Positions 46,888 through 56,716 are shown, counted from the first letter of the stretch. The stretch: 64,000 nucleotides of DNA from a virus (IMGVR_UViG_3300045391_001467:1-64000), one strand, 5' to 3'. Notes: generated by a model from the sequence alone, not told the origin. Program-made: numbers and translations.

Positions 46888-47181
46888 CTAAAACATGTTA
46901 GCTGACATTATTAAGTTTTGACTTTTAAGCCACTCCAGCAGAATAGGCATGTCTTTATAAGGGTATTGAATGTTATAAGAATACTCTTCTTCTCCGATTG
47001 TAAACCCATCTTGCCCAAATGTTGCACAAACTTTCCCATCTCTATTAATGTCAATTACAGCAGAAAAAGGGGCTGTCTTAATGAACACTATATTACCATG
47101 TTTCCCATCAGTTACTAGCACAAGGCTGACAGGCATGGCTTGGCCGATTTCAGTGCGTAGTTGCAACATCTGGATTCTCAT
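46888..47181 (-). CDS. Hypothetical protein
   Basis: Co-oriented overlapping ORF. Confidence 0.55.
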   Translation of the reverse strand: MRIQMLQLRTEIGQAMPVSLVLVTDGKHGNIVFIKTAPFSAVIDINRDGKVCATFGQDGFTIGEEEYSYNIQYPYKDMPILLEWLKSQNLIMSANMF

Positions 47182-47404
47182 TAAGTTCTTTAAGCAGAGA
47201 GACTAGGTAGTCTGCCGAACATACCCCCTCTTTTTCAGGGTACGTAATACAATCTATAAAATGGTCATCAGGATCAAGATAATCGCCGGCATTTTCTCCC
47301 ATTCGCCTATTCCACAAAGTAAATGCCTTAATGAGTTGTTCTTTGCTGGTGATTATATAATCTTCGTCAAGCGTTTTTAAATCTACTGTAATTTCTGTGT
47401 GCAT
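47150..47404 (-). CDS. Hypothetical protein
   Basis: Co-oriented overlapping ORF. Confidence 0.6.
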   Translation of the reverse strand: MHTEITVDLKTLDEDYIITSKEQLIKAFTLWNRRMGENAGDYLDPDDHFIDCITYPEKEGVCSADYLVSLLKELNENPDVATTH

Positions 47405-48348
47405 TTACTATACTCTCTTTCTAACCAATCTAGACTGATAAATAGGGGGTCGTAGCTCCCGTCTTTGACGTTGTGTTTTACAATTATCCCTCTCCAATGG
47501 TGATTACCTTGAATACCCTTATAACTTTCCTCGTGTGTGTAGCAAGCTCCTGCGACAATACCTATTTGTTGTTTTCCATTAGATGGTAAAAACCTAACTG
47601 CAACATCCAATGTCTGCCTATGTCCCTGCGTAAAACTACATCCAATTGTTTTAAGCATATTCATCGCGGAGCCACCAAGAGACTTCCCTGTCATGTTGTT
47701 TTGGAAGTAGTGACAATAACTAATACCATCCACAATAACAGGGGTAAGGAACGGTACAACTTCCCATCCAAACTCTTCATACTGCAAACTCTCAATGCTG
47801 AGAAATCCGTGTAGCTCAGGATTAGCGTCTACATGCCTCTCAATACGATTCTCATGATTACCCAGCGTGAGAATCATTCGTGGCGTATATACTTCCTCTC
47901 CTGTTGCAATCTGCTGTGACTGGAGTTCTCGCAAAGGCTTCAGCAGACGCTTCATTCCATCTTTAGCAGCATCAATATCTGCTTGTACTCTTTTACCCTC
48001 TGCCGTTCGTTTACCTTTATCATAACTGCTGAGAGATTCCATATCAGCGAAATCTCCAGCACTAATGATAACATCAGGTCGTTTACGAACGATATACTTT
48101 CCAATCCATTCCAAATAACTTAAGTCTACTCCCGGTTTTACTTGATTATCTGGAATATATAAGTGTGTTACCGTCTTTTCTTCGTCTTTAACAGCTTCTT
48201 TTCTGACGTCATAATATTTCCTAAGAAAATCCCCAACTGTAGATCGAGGAATGCCTAGCAGCTTAGAGATTCCTCGCCATGACATTGTACCACTGGTACT
48301 TAAAGCAATTGCTTGTGCTTGCCAGTCTTTATCATTATTTTTATTCAA
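47383..48348 (-). CDS. Calcineurin-like metallophosphoesterase with N-terminal HTH
   Basis: IPDNQ, GDFAD, LGNHE, YCHY, QGHRQ motifs; SWRGISKLLGIPRSTV HTH. Confidence 0.85.
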   Translation of the reverse strand: MNKNNDKDWQAQAIALSTSGTMSWRGISKLLGIPRSTVGDFLRKYYDVRKEAVKDEEKTVTHLYIPDNQVKPGVDLSYLEWIGKYIVRKRPDVIISAGDFADMESLSSYDKGKRTAEGKRVQADIDAAKDGMKRLLKPLRELQSQQIATGEEVYTPRMILTLGNHENRIERHVDANPELHGFLSIESLQYEEFGWEVVPFLTPVIVDGISYCHYFQNNMTGKSLGGSAMNMLKTIGCSFTQGHRQTLDVAVRFLPSNGKQQIGIVAGACYTHEESYKGIQGNHHWRGIIVKHNVKDGSYDPLFISLDWLEREYSKCTQKLQ

Positions 48349-48399
48349 ATAACCCCCTATAAGCTAATACTACACAATTCTTACTTCATGAACTATCCA

Positions 48400-49299
48400 C
48401 TAATTCATAATTGTTTTTGATAGAGATTCTGAAAGTAAAGCTTGTACCTCTTTTCTAACTCCATCTAGTGTGTCTTCTAAGTATTTTAGTCTTTGTTTAA
48501 AATTGTTCTCATCTTTGAGAATTTGATTTTCTTCCGTTCTTTTCCATACAAGTTCACCATATTCCTCAGGGTCAAGCATTTCCCGATTATACGCAGGAGA
48601 TTTATATACTGCTATAGACTCATATTCATCATCAACCTCAGTTTTATGCTCCCCATATTTCTTACAGGTATCTGTGTAAAACTCTACCCATCCACTCTTG
48701 TTTGCTAATATGTGTAAGTCATTACTATCGTTACTGTCTTTGTTGCCTGATACTTGCACATTAGGAACAACAATCCACATCTTACCATTATTGGTCTTCA
48801 CACGCATAAATGGCTTTAGCATATCTTCAGTAAAATTGAATGGGTTGCCTGATGCATTTGTACCATTAGCATCCTCAACGATTGTCCACATTTTATCATC
48901 TAAATACTTTTTAACAAGACTTGGACTAAATTTAACTGACATCATGTTGTTATTCCGACTGATTTCATACTGAGTGCCTACAAGTTCTGCTGCGTAATCC
49001 AAACCTAGTAAGTTTTTGAATTTAAATTTCTCAGGGAGAGTGATTTTCTCTACACCCTCAGTACTTATAATGAAATGTTGCCCTTTCTCACTTTCAATTC
49101 CTAGAATAATATTATCTTCAGGATGACTGGCAGTATGAGGCCCTTTAGCTACAACTTTACACACATCACCCTCGCATGGTGATTTTCCCCAGATAAAGTT
49201 AGTCAATTTATAACGAACAGCCCATGATTCATAAGTAGAATAAATTTGCCCGTTGTTTTTGACCTCAACAATATCCCCAATATTAATCTCTGCACTCAT
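48400..49299 (-). CDS. Hypothetical multi-domain protein
   Basis: 299 aa with GAGG SD; no recognised catalytic motif. Confidence 0.7.
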   Translation of the reverse strand: MSAEINIGDIVEVKNNGQIYSTYESWAVRYKLTNFIWGKSPCEGDVCKVVAKGPHTASHPEDNIILGIESEKGQHFIISTEGVEKITLPEKFKFKNLLGLDYAAELVGTQYEISRNNNMMSVKFSPSLVKKYLDDKMWTIVEDANGTNASGNPFNFTEDMLKPFMRVKTNNGKMWIVVPNVQVSGNKDSNDSNDLHILANKSGWVEFYTDTCKKYGEHKTEVDDEYESIAVYKSPAYNREMLDPEEYGELVWKRTEENQILKDENNFKQRLKYLEDTLDGVRKEVQALLSESLSKTIMN

Positions 49300-49850
49300 A
49301 CAACCTCCTTAAGAAAAATTTCTTTGATCAACTTACGCCTCTTTGCAGCATTACTTACTATTTCAGTATTATATCCTAATTCTTGAAAATAAGCAAGCTG
49401 TTTCTTCACAGGTTGTTTCATAAAAGCAATAACACGTTTTTCTATGGCAGCTTCTTCAAATGAGATACCAAGCTTCTGTGACAAATTAATAATAGCATGA
49501 CAGTCTAAGCATACTGCCCGAATACAGCTAAAGTCTATTAGAAACAAGTATGCAGCGTACTCTTTGATGTCATCAAGTCCTGTAAATTTTCCGCCTGTAT
49601 CTGAGATGTGATCAATCTGAATATTACTCTGCACTACGTCTTTCTTGCAGCACGAGCAAGTCATTCCCCATACAGTATCTTTCTTTCCATTTGGGTTAGG
49701 GTTTTGGATTTGCTTTCTATATTGCTTGATGTATTCTAGTTTGATGGGATGTTTAGACCAGAGTTTTCTAAGACCGCCCCTCACCCAAGTCCAAAATGCC
49801 GCTTCGGATTTCCAAATGTTACCTACTTTCCAAGGTTCTTTATACTTCAA
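49296..49850 (-). CDS. HNH/endonuclease VII-like nuclease
   Basis: CSCC...QIDH...CLDCH zinc/HNH pattern. Confidence 0.7.
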   Translation of the reverse strand: MKYKEPWKVGNIWKSEAAFWTWVRGGLRKLWSKHPIKLEYIKQYRKQIQNPNPNGKKDTVWGMTCSCCKKDVVQSNIQIDHISDTGGKFTGLDDIKEYAAYLFLIDFSCIRAVCLDCHAIINLSQKLGISFEEAAIEKRVIAFMKQPVKKQLAYFQELGYNTEIVSNAAKRRKLIKEIFLKEVV

Positions 49851-49853
49851 AAC

Positions 49854-50240
49854 TCACCTCGTTTCCCTATTGGAAAGTATTGTAATTGCTTTCAGTATCT
49901 CCTCTAGCTCATCGTCAGATTTTGCATAAATAGGCGTTTTAAGCATGTTGCATAGCACTTCGTACTTTCCCTTATACACTATTACTGAAGAATAAGGTAG
50001 GTCTTTTGTGAATTTTTTAACTTTTTCTAGTACAGTTTGTCCTTGTTTTTCTTCTAAAATTTTCCAAACTCTGTTTTTGACGAAATGCTCCACTGTGTCT
50101 TGATCATAGTATAGGCTTTCTCTTTTACCTTCTTCTACCCAAGAAACATCATAGCCACTATGCCCATCATAACAAACATTATACACGTTACTGTCACAAC
50201 TCATTACAAACTTTTCCGGTATTTTCATAGCATATTTCAA
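49854..50240 (-). CDS. Hypothetical protein
   Basis: Co-oriented overlapping ORF. Confidence 0.65.
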   Translation of the reverse strand: MKYAMKIPEKFVMSCDSNVYNVCYDGHSGYDVSWVEEGKRESLYYDQDTVEHFVKNRVWKILEEKQGQTVLEKVKKFTKDLPYSSVIVYKGKYEVLCNMLKTPIYAKSDDELEEILKAITILSNRETR

Positions 50241-51193
50241 TAGTCTATTTCCAAATTGTCTAGCAGCTTTCTAGTGTTAAACACATCGGCATCAAATCTC
50301 TTCATATGAGCACAAGCCGCATACATATCCATCAAGCCAATAACATCAGTAACGTTAGTAGAGCCAGACCAATCCATGTATTCCAATTCACTCGGATACC
50401 AAGATTTATACTGCTTATAGACAGCCTCAACACATTCTTTGTCTGTAGTACAATCTTTTAAAAGCTTATATGCAGAGGCATCCCCGAATTTCTTGCCAGA
50501 CAAATCTGCTGGCCTGAAGCCATCTGTTGAATCTCCCATCACCCATTGTGCATAGAACCATTTTCTGCCAAACCCTTTTAGCTTTTTATCTTCCATTTGA
50601 ATCTCACCTAGCCCTTTAATAAGCATAGGTTCATTCATTTTTGTCCAATTATAAAGCCATCCGGAATACCCATAAGCATCTTTGTCAATTGTCACTTGAA
50701 TTATCTTCTGCTTATTCTTTATCCCTTCATAAGACCTTTGGGCAAGCATATCATCTGCCTCTCTTCCATGCACCAATTTAGCATTGTACTTATTAAGTAG
50801 ATACTCCCGCACTATTGGTAATTGAGACGGACGATAAGTATTGTCTCTGTTTGATTTATACCTAGTAGGTAACGGGAGGTCAAGTCTAAAGTTATTGTCT
50901 CCGCTTAAATAGATTTCAAAGGACTCTGCTGCACAGGTTTTGCATACACCCTCAATCGTAGTTCTGGCAGCATGCAGAGCATGTCTGATATCTCCAGGTT
51001 CTTGCACATCTTCAATATCAAATTCATCCAAATCAAAGACGCCTTTAATGTGCTCTTTTAAGGCTGTACGATGTGCATGTTCTGTTGTTACACCTGTCTC
51101 TTTGTGTGTTGCTTTGATACTTCTTGATTCATTGGCTGCTGCAGCCCTGAATGCTACAATGTCCCCGTCAATTACTGCTATTGTCACGTCCAC
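50237..51193 (-). CDS. 5'-3' exonuclease (T7 gp6/PolI flap-like)
   Basis: VIDGDIVAF, NFRLDL...YKSNR, EADD, TIDKD, MGDSTDG. Confidence 0.88.
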   Translation of the reverse strand: MDVTIAVIDGDIVAFRAAAANESRSIKATHKETGVTTEHAHRTALKEHIKGVFDLDEFDIEDVQEPGDIRHALHAARTTIEGVCKTCAAESFEIYLSGDNNFRLDLPLPTRYKSNRDNTYRPSQLPIVREYLLNKYNAKLVHGREADDMLAQRSYEGIKNKQKIIQVTIDKDAYGYSGWLYNWTKMNEPMLIKGLGEIQMEDKKLKGFGRKWFYAQWVMGDSTDGFRPADLSGKKFGDASAYKLLKDCTTDKECVEAVYKQYKSWYPSELEYMDWSGSTNVTDVIGLMDMYAACAHMKRFDADVFNTRKLLDNLEIDY

Positions 51194-51513
51194 CTCACTT
51201 CCTTAATTCCAGCCATCCTGATAGCTTCCTGACAGATAGGACAAGGTTTTGCATTAGCAGGATTTCCCTCTCTATCAAACCTGCATACAAACATGCTATG
51301 AGCCTTATCAAGTCTTTTGCAGCGAATGAGAGCAGAAATCTCAGCGTGTAAGAAATGCCTATGTTCCATCCCCATTTGCTTTGCCAGTCGTGCTTGCACA
51401 GGATGGGATTTCACATAAGAATTTTTCCCAACACTGAGAATATTTCCTTTCTTGTCGTATAGAAAAGCCGTTATGTTGTATTTCTTTTTCATTTTAAAAA
51501 TCAGTAACTCCAA
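51184..51513 (-). CDS. Zinc-dependent cytidine/nucleotide deaminase-like protein
   Basis: HAEISAL and KPCPIC motifs. Confidence 0.8.
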   Translation of the reverse strand: MELLIFKMKKKYNITAFLYDKKGNILSVGKNSYVKSHPVQARLAKQMGMEHRHFLHAEISALIRCKRLDKAHSMFVCRFDREGNPANAKPCPICQEAIRMAGIKEVRWT

Positions 51514-52313
51514 CCTCTCAAGAAATCAATATCACTTTCATTCAAGCCATCTAGATTCACATTGATTTTCTCTAACAGGTCATAAGCATTCCCCGGCATT
51601 TCTTCTGCTTGCTTATCTGCAATAAAATCTGATTCTTTGAATAATTCAATAGCAGCATCCATGGAGAATGGTCTATCTGTTTCAATCAAAGCTTTTTCTC
51701 CATATTGCCCACCGATAGCAGTAGCTAAATCCTCCCAGCTACTCAATGGAACTTTTTGCAAGCTTAGACCAATGCGCAATAGATCACCTTTGCCAATTGT
51801 ATAACCTCGCTGCTGGTACTTAAGAACACGCAACAAAGAACCATAAGGATATCTAGTTCCACTATGAAATCGCAAGAAGCGTTGTGAGGCATGTTTCAGA
51901 AAATCTTCATGGAATACAAACTCTTCTTTATCAATGTCATATGCAGCCATTGCTACGGTGAAATCAAAGACATCAAAAATGTCTTGGCCTGTTTCAAAGA
52001 AATCAAAATGCATTAACTGAATAACGTGGTTATCCTTAACAAAAGTTACGGCACGATCAGAAGCAGCTACGCACCACAAGCCTTCATCATATGCTTGTCC
52101 TACGGCTAGAATAAAGTCCTTCTCAGTTTTGAAGTAAATATCTACGTCATTGACTGGGGTATTTGTAAATACACTTGTCAAAGCTCCACCTGCAATAAAT
52201 GCACCAGATGGTAAGAAGTGATATGCAGCTTCCTTAAGTGCTTTTAATTCTTTATTATGTTGTGTCATTAACTTTCCTGAACAAAAAGCCTGCAAAGCCT
52301 TTTGAGCTTGCAA
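51501..52313 (-). CDS. Nucleotidyltransferase (pol beta superfamily; start likely MTQHNK)
   Basis: IAGGALTS...NDVDIYF signature, VFDFTV, LRVLKYQQRGY. Confidence 0.75.
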   Translation of the reverse strand: MQAQKALQAFCSGKLMTQHNKELKALKEAAYHFLPSGAFIAGGALTSVFTNTPVNDVDIYFKTEKDFILAVGQAYDEGLWCVAASDRAVTFVKDNHVIQLMHFDFFETGQDIFDVFDFTVAMAAYDIDKEEFVFHEDFLKHASQRFLRFHSGTRYPYGSLLRVLKYQQRGYTIGKGDLLRIGLSLQKVPLSSWEDLATAIGGQYGEKALIETDRPFSMDAAIELFKESDFIADKQAEEMPGNAYDLLEKINVNLDGLNESDIDFLRGWSY

Positions 52314-52330
52314 GCTGTGGTTATGCTAGA

Positions 52331-53374
52331 TTAAAACGGTACGTCCGAGTCATCAAAGTCATTAAAACTTACAGGAGTTACCTCCTTCTTTGGCTTCTCA
52401 GATTTAGCAGCCTTTTGTACTGCAGTAGCTTCTCCTCGCTCTGCTAGAATTTGCAAAGCCTCTTGCAATTCCTTATCATTCTCAATGATAGCTTCTGCAA
52501 TCTCCTTAGCCTTCTTAATCAATTCTTCTTCGTCTTCACGTTGTCGAATTGCTTTCTGAATGGCAGAACCTTCATAGTCTTGTGCAAGAACAATTTTACG
52601 AAGGTCAGAGACCCTTAGAAAATCGTATTTACATGCGCCACCAAGTTCTTCTTTCTCTTCTAACAAATCTTCATCATCAAAGTTTACGCTGATAGCTGGG
52701 ATCAAAGCAGGCTCTGCAACCATACCCTTCATCATAGGTACTGGACTTTTAAGCTTTGTATTGACGTATGTATTACCGTCTTTCTCAGTCGTCTTTACTT
52801 CCACGTTATACATGAAAGGTTTACCAAGGAGTTCAGAAATGTCATTTAGCTTAGGATTTTTGTACTCAGCTTTGAAGATGACATCAGACACTTTCGTACC
52901 GTCTTCATTCTTCACTACCGCAGCAATCTTTGCCCATGCAGATGCAGGAGCCAACAGCCAAGGCTTACCCTTTACATACTCACCTTCTGGTGTACGTGGA
53001 GCTACAGTGGTAAGATTAAGTCCTTCACTCATGCCACGGCTAACTTGATGCAAAGGGAGACGAATATTCTTTACACCAATAGTTTCACCATAGTCGTGAG
53101 TTTGTGAAAGTAAGTCCACATAGACAGCTACTTTTTGTTCAAGGTCTTTACCTTCTTTTGGTACAATGATTTTGTCATTACCATTTTCATCTTGTTCACG
53201 TTTTCCTGCATTGTCTTTAGCAAACTTAGGCAGCTTTTTGTGTAAACCAAGATTTACCAACAAACCAATTTGGACAGCTTGTAGGCCATCTTCAGGAATG
53301 ATTGCTACAAAAGGTTTCTTATCAGCATTCTCATTGTTGCCAGATTGATTTAATTTTACAGGCTTAAACGACAT
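52331..53374 (-). CDS. Putative single-stranded DNA-binding/recombination protein
   Basis: Acidic tail ending DFDDSDVPF; replication-module context. Confidence 0.55.
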   Translation of the reverse strand: MSFKPVKLNQSGNNENADKKPFVAIIPEDGLQAVQIGLLVNLGLHKKLPKFAKDNAGKREQDENGNDKIIVPKEGKDLEQKVAVYVDLLSQTHDYGETIGVKNIRLPLHQVSRGMSEGLNLTTVAPRTPEGEYVKGKPWLLAPASAWAKIAAVVKNEDGTKVSDVIFKAEYKNPKLNDISELLGKPFMYNVEVKTTEKDGNTYVNTKLKSPVPMMKGMVAEPALIPAISVNFDDEDLLEEKEELGGACKYDFLRVSDLRKIVLAQDYEGSAIQKAIRQREDEEELIKKAKEIAEAIIENDKELQEALQILAERGEATAVQKAAKSEKPKKEVTPVSFNDFDDSDVPF

Positions 53375-53444
53375 ATTATTTCCATTTTCATAATTAAATT
53401 ACACATAAGCCATGTGTGGGCCTTATTCTCAATATTGAGAATTA

Positions 53445-53732
53445 CTACATACAAATTTTAATACTCCATCCGATAAGCAACGCTAGTGGGGGCTTAATGA
53501 TATTAACAGCGTGAAATTTTATATTGTAATCCTTCACATTTTCTACACCTACAAAGTCGGGCTGTTTCGTAATGTAATTAGCCACTAGAGTTAATCCCAT
53601 AGCAGCGTATATTGTCAGTGCAGGTAAATTAAAAGTAGAGACAATAAACCAGCTCCACAATATTGTGAGCACATAGGCACTCAGAAGATACTCTGCACAG
53701 CTTAGAGCAAAGCTACCTATAAATTTAAGCAT
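53445..53732 (-). CDS. Membrane protein (3 TM)
   Basis: Hydrophobic segments; AAGGA SD. Confidence 0.65.
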   Translation of the reverse strand: MLKFIGSFALSCAEYLLSAYVLTILWSWFIVSTFNLPALTIYAAMGLTLVANYITKQPDFVGVENVKDYNIKFHAVNIIKPPLALLIGWSIKICM

Positions 53733-53740
53733 TGTGTTCC

Positions 53741-54085
53741 TTATTTAATACTGTAAGTTAAAGTATTGTTGTGATGAAGAATAGTGAAGTAATTAAAGCC
53801 TAATCTGCACAGCAATTCTTTAACCACCTCTCGCATACCACTATTTAACATTGGGCTATCACCAGTGTCGTGAACGAGATACACAGGTTTACCCGGATTA
53901 TGCATAGCCGAAGATATATGTTCAAGTGCTTTTGCGGTAGTTTTACCGCAACACCTGTCTTCTCTAACAATCATCTCTAACACATCAGTAGAAACTGCCT
54001 TCAGAAAATCACCGTATGTTTCTTTAGCTATGTTATTCACACTCTCTAATAGGCCTTTGCGACGACATTCTATGCAATCTTTCAT
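53741..54085 (-). CDS. Hypothetical protein
   Basis: AAGGA SD; GKTT-like segment. Confidence 0.6.
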   Translation of the reverse strand: MKDCIECRRKGLLESVNNIAKETYGDFLKAVSTDVLEMIVREDRCCGKTTAKALEHISSAMHNPGKPVYLVHDTGDSPMLNSGMREVVKELLCRLGFNYFTILHHNNTLTYSIK

Positions 54086-54267
54086 GGCTATCCTTATTTA
54101 ATTTCAAAATCATATAAAGCACCTTCCAGACCATCCGCCAACTCCTTTAACATACTGATAATGTACTCCTTATGGCTGGTATAGTTCTCATCATTAAAGT
54201 ATTCATCTGGAATTTCATTAATTGTTACGTGGAAATTAAGCTCCATAGGATATTCCTCTTTAAAATT

Positions 54268-54345
54268 TAGAGCGAGCGGGGAGAATCAAACTCCCATTGA
54301 TCCGTTACGGTGCTACAAGGTAGAAGCTTGTTCCGATACGCTCGC
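54268..54345 (-). ncRNA. D-armless tRNA-like RNA with a UCU anticodon-type loop
   Basis: 7-bp acceptor GCGAGCG/CGCTCGC; ACAAG-CTTCTAC-CTTGT stem-loop; hairpin CCG-TAA-CGG; T-arm GGGAG-TTTGATT-CTCCC; ends T-CTA. Confidence 0.65.
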
Positions 54346-54358
54346 ATTAATCTGGTGT

Positions 54359-54441
54359 TGGTGGCTGGCACTGGTCTCCAGCTTGGTGCCATGTCGATTT
54401 CAGAGGCTCGTGGCACCTTGACGCTCTCTAGCGAATCAGCC
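54359..54441 (-). ncRNA. Non-canonical cloverleaf RNA ending in ACCA
   Basis: GGCTG/CAGCC closing stem then A-CCA; arms CGCT-AGAG-AGCG, GGTGCCA/TGGCACC and GCTGG-AGA-CCAGT. Confidence 0.55.
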
Positions 54442-54466
54442 TTCGCAATTCCCCCAACGAAACATC

Positions 54467-54495
54467 ATTATATACTAATTAATCCCTACTGTCAA
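54467..54495 (-). promoter_or_regulatory. Consensus sigma70 promoter driving the tRNA-like RNAs
   Basis: TTGACA(54495-54490)-17 bp-TATAAT(54472-54467). Confidence 0.85.
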
Positions 54496-54707
54496 TAAAT
54501 TCCCTGCCCATATTGCGTGGCATTATACCAACTAAAATACGTACCTTTGTTATAGCTATCCCAAAACATTTTTGTACGAGTGTTCTTTACATAATCATTT
54601 CCAGCCTTGCGGCGATGCATATAGTCTTCATAAGACTCATCTTCAATCCGTTTAGGCTGAAGAAATGTACGGTTTTCTTGCAAGAATGTTTTATTTGCTT
54701 GCATCAT
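54492..54707 (-). CDS. Hypothetical protein
   Basis: ATGA overlap; PKRIEDESYEDY..RR pattern. Confidence 0.65.
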   Translation of the reverse strand: MMQANKTFLQENRTFLQPKRIEDESYEDYMHRRKAGNDYVKNTRTKMFWDSYNKGTYFSWYNATQYGQGIY

Positions 54708-54931
54708 AGCATCATCTCTAAAATATATCCTTCCAAATTTTTAATTTGAGAATATGTGAAAATATTCCCTACACTCTCTCCATTAGCTAGAATATCTATG
54801 ATTTCCACATTTGGAGGCTCTGCTGGAGAGCTAGATGTAGCGGGATAAAATGGTGTAAAATAAAATAACACCTCTGCTTTTATTTCATCATCTGTTATTG
54901 GGTGGTTTACTGTTATTGATATTTGTCTCAC
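54704..54931 (-). CDS. Hypothetical protein
   Basis: GGAG SD; co-oriented. Confidence 0.6.
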   Translation of the reverse strand: MRQISITVNHPITDDEIKAEVLFYFTPFYPATSSSPAEPPNVEIIDILANGESVGNIFTYSQIKNLEGYILEMML

Positions 54932-55101
54932 AAATATTTATACTCCACACTGAGTAATACATCCTCCAGTACTCTTCCATTAGTTCCTTACAATATTTCA
55001 TATAAAGTATTGGCATATCTTGAATAATTAGCCATTGAGCGTAAGATGAGCACATTACGTTTTATCCTAGATGTTTCTAGTTTTAATAGCACACTTCATT
55101 T

Positions 55102-55311
55102 TCAATCCCCTTTGTTCATCCATCTTCTGATAACATACTGTCTAGATAAACTGATCAATGTAAATATAACTCCAACCAATAACCCATCATGTACGGTTAG
55201 TTTATACCCCATGCTAGGAAATACAATCATATTAGCTATAAAGTTGATAGAAAAACCTATAGCAATATTAATACATGCTTCTAAAAAGCTTCGCTGCTTA
55301 GACTGAGCCAT
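55102..55311 (-). CDS. Small membrane protein
   Basis: QSKQRSFLEACINIAIGF...SRQYVIRRW, a common small phage TM protein pattern. Confidence 0.7.
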   Translation of the reverse strand: MAQSKQRSFLEACINIAIGFSINFIANMIVFPSMGYKLTVHDGLLVGVIFTLISLSRQYVIRRWMNKGD

Positions 55312-55861
55312 TAGCTGAATCTTCCATTCTTAATTTACCCATAACATCATCAATCCCCCTGTACAACTCTTCTAATGACCTATTATTCTCAATAGTAATA
55401 TCAACCAATGATGGAGAAATACCTGCTTCGCTGGGATGCACAAACTTTGTGCCCGATTCTTCACGTCTTACCTCTATAATATAACCACTATCTTGTGTAA
55501 TCATTTCGGCTTCATTGTCAAATCGGCAGTCAGTAATACACACGTTATACCCTAGATCGAAGTATTCATTGATTTTTTTCTTAGCAAGAATTAGCCACAA
55601 ATTTTGATGCACCAGATTTCGACCATATTCTGTGCCTAGTAATTGCATAAGTTGTCTAGGAGATTTCTCAATGTCGGGAATAATCTCTTCTTTTAACGGA
55701 TGTTCAAGATAGGTATTATCAAGCCCGAACATAACTTTAACACCTTCTTTTAACGGAGCTGCAAACGATGCAAGTTGAAAATTATGGTTTGCTTTAAGAT
55801 AGTTCCCTACAGTATCTTTTCCTGCCCCAGCCTTCCCTGTTAATCCAATCAAGAGACTCAT
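55298..55861 (-). CDS. Deoxynucleoside monophosphate kinase
   Basis: IGLTGKAGAGKDT, FAAPLK, PRQLMQLLGTE, DCRFDNE, HPSEAG. Confidence 0.9.
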   Translation of the reverse strand: MSLLIGLTGKAGAGKDTVGNYLKANHNFQLASFAAPLKEGVKVMFGLDNTYLEHPLKEEIIPDIEKSPRQLMQLLGTEYGRNLVHQNLWLILAKKKINEYFDLGYNVCITDCRFDNEAEMITQDSGYIIEVRREESGTKFVHPSEAGISPSLVDITIENNRSLEELYRGIDDVMGKLRMEDSANGSV

Positions 55862-56121
55862 TTAACCTCCTTCTTTACCAGCCACCAGCCCGTAGATTCA
55901 TCGGCAAACCCTCTATAAGTTTTACCAGTCAATAGTGATGTAGCTGTGGTTGCCAAGGGTAATAATTTATCAGCTACAGCTTTAAATTGATCTAAATTGA
56001 TCTCAAATTTATCGTATAACTCGTTTTCTATAAATTCAGATGGGGTATTAGATTCTTCGTAGTCTTCAGTAACACCCATGATATGGGCAGCTAATTCTTC
56101 AATTTCAAAGTAATTACTCAT
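55858..56121 (-). CDS. Hypothetical protein
   Basis: AGGAG SD; ATGA overlap. Confidence 0.65.
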   Translation of the reverse strand: MSNYFEIEELAAHIMGVTEDYEESNTPSEFIENELYDKFEINLDQFKAVADKLLPLATTATSLLTGKTYRGFADESTGWWLVKKEVK

Positions 56122-56341
56122 ACGTCGGCTCCTAAATAGCTTATAAGATCATTTCTAGCCTGTAAAAATGCTTTACGGAGCTTATGAAACTCTCCATCTT
56201 GTATGCCATTGAAATCTGTATAATACACGAATGCGTAATCAAATCCTTCGCTAGCAATAACCTCATCAACATATTCTATATCATCAGCGTTCATGTGTTT
56301 CCTCCTATAGCATCTATAATTTTATTAGTCATAACTATTTA

Positions 56342-56716
56342 TTAGTCATAACTATTCTGCAAGTATCTGGCATCTATCTTTACATTACTCTTAGCCAATG
56401 AGTCAAGAAATTCATGGCTATGCGACAGAATATTAGAAAAATCTGCCCTAGAGTCAGCCAAAGCTCTTGCAAGAGCAACGAAGTTATCACAGTAAAGTGT
56501 CATTTGATCAGGCTTTGGTTGATCTACATTCACTAAACGATACGCTATGATATCATCATGACTGCCCCATCCATTCTCGTCGCTGTACCAACGCAGTAGC
56601 TTCGCACGCCTCTCGTGTACGACACGTCCGCCTCTTAATTTGACATCTACTAGGGCATCCTTGCTCACAGGACACACACTTGATGCATCTGCATTCCACT
56701 CAGTCCAGTCCATCAC
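56342..56716 (-). CDS. Hypothetical protein
   Basis: W..W...CPV...VDVKLRG...DDIIAYR small phage domain pattern. Confidence 0.65.
   Translation of the reverse strand: MMDWTEWNADASSVCPVSKDALVDVKLRGGRVVHERRAKLLRWYSDENGWGSHDDIIAYRLVNVDQPKPDQMTLYCDNFVALARALADSRADFSNILSHSHEFLDSLAKSNVKIDARYLQNSYD

Noticed and set aside
54310-54498. 62-aa plus-strand ORF
   Set aside because: Antisense to the promoter-driven structured RNAs; TTG start without SD.
56321-56356. 18-bp tandem duplication TTTATTAGTCATAACTAT
   Set aside because: Two copies at a gene end; a local duplication with no array structure.
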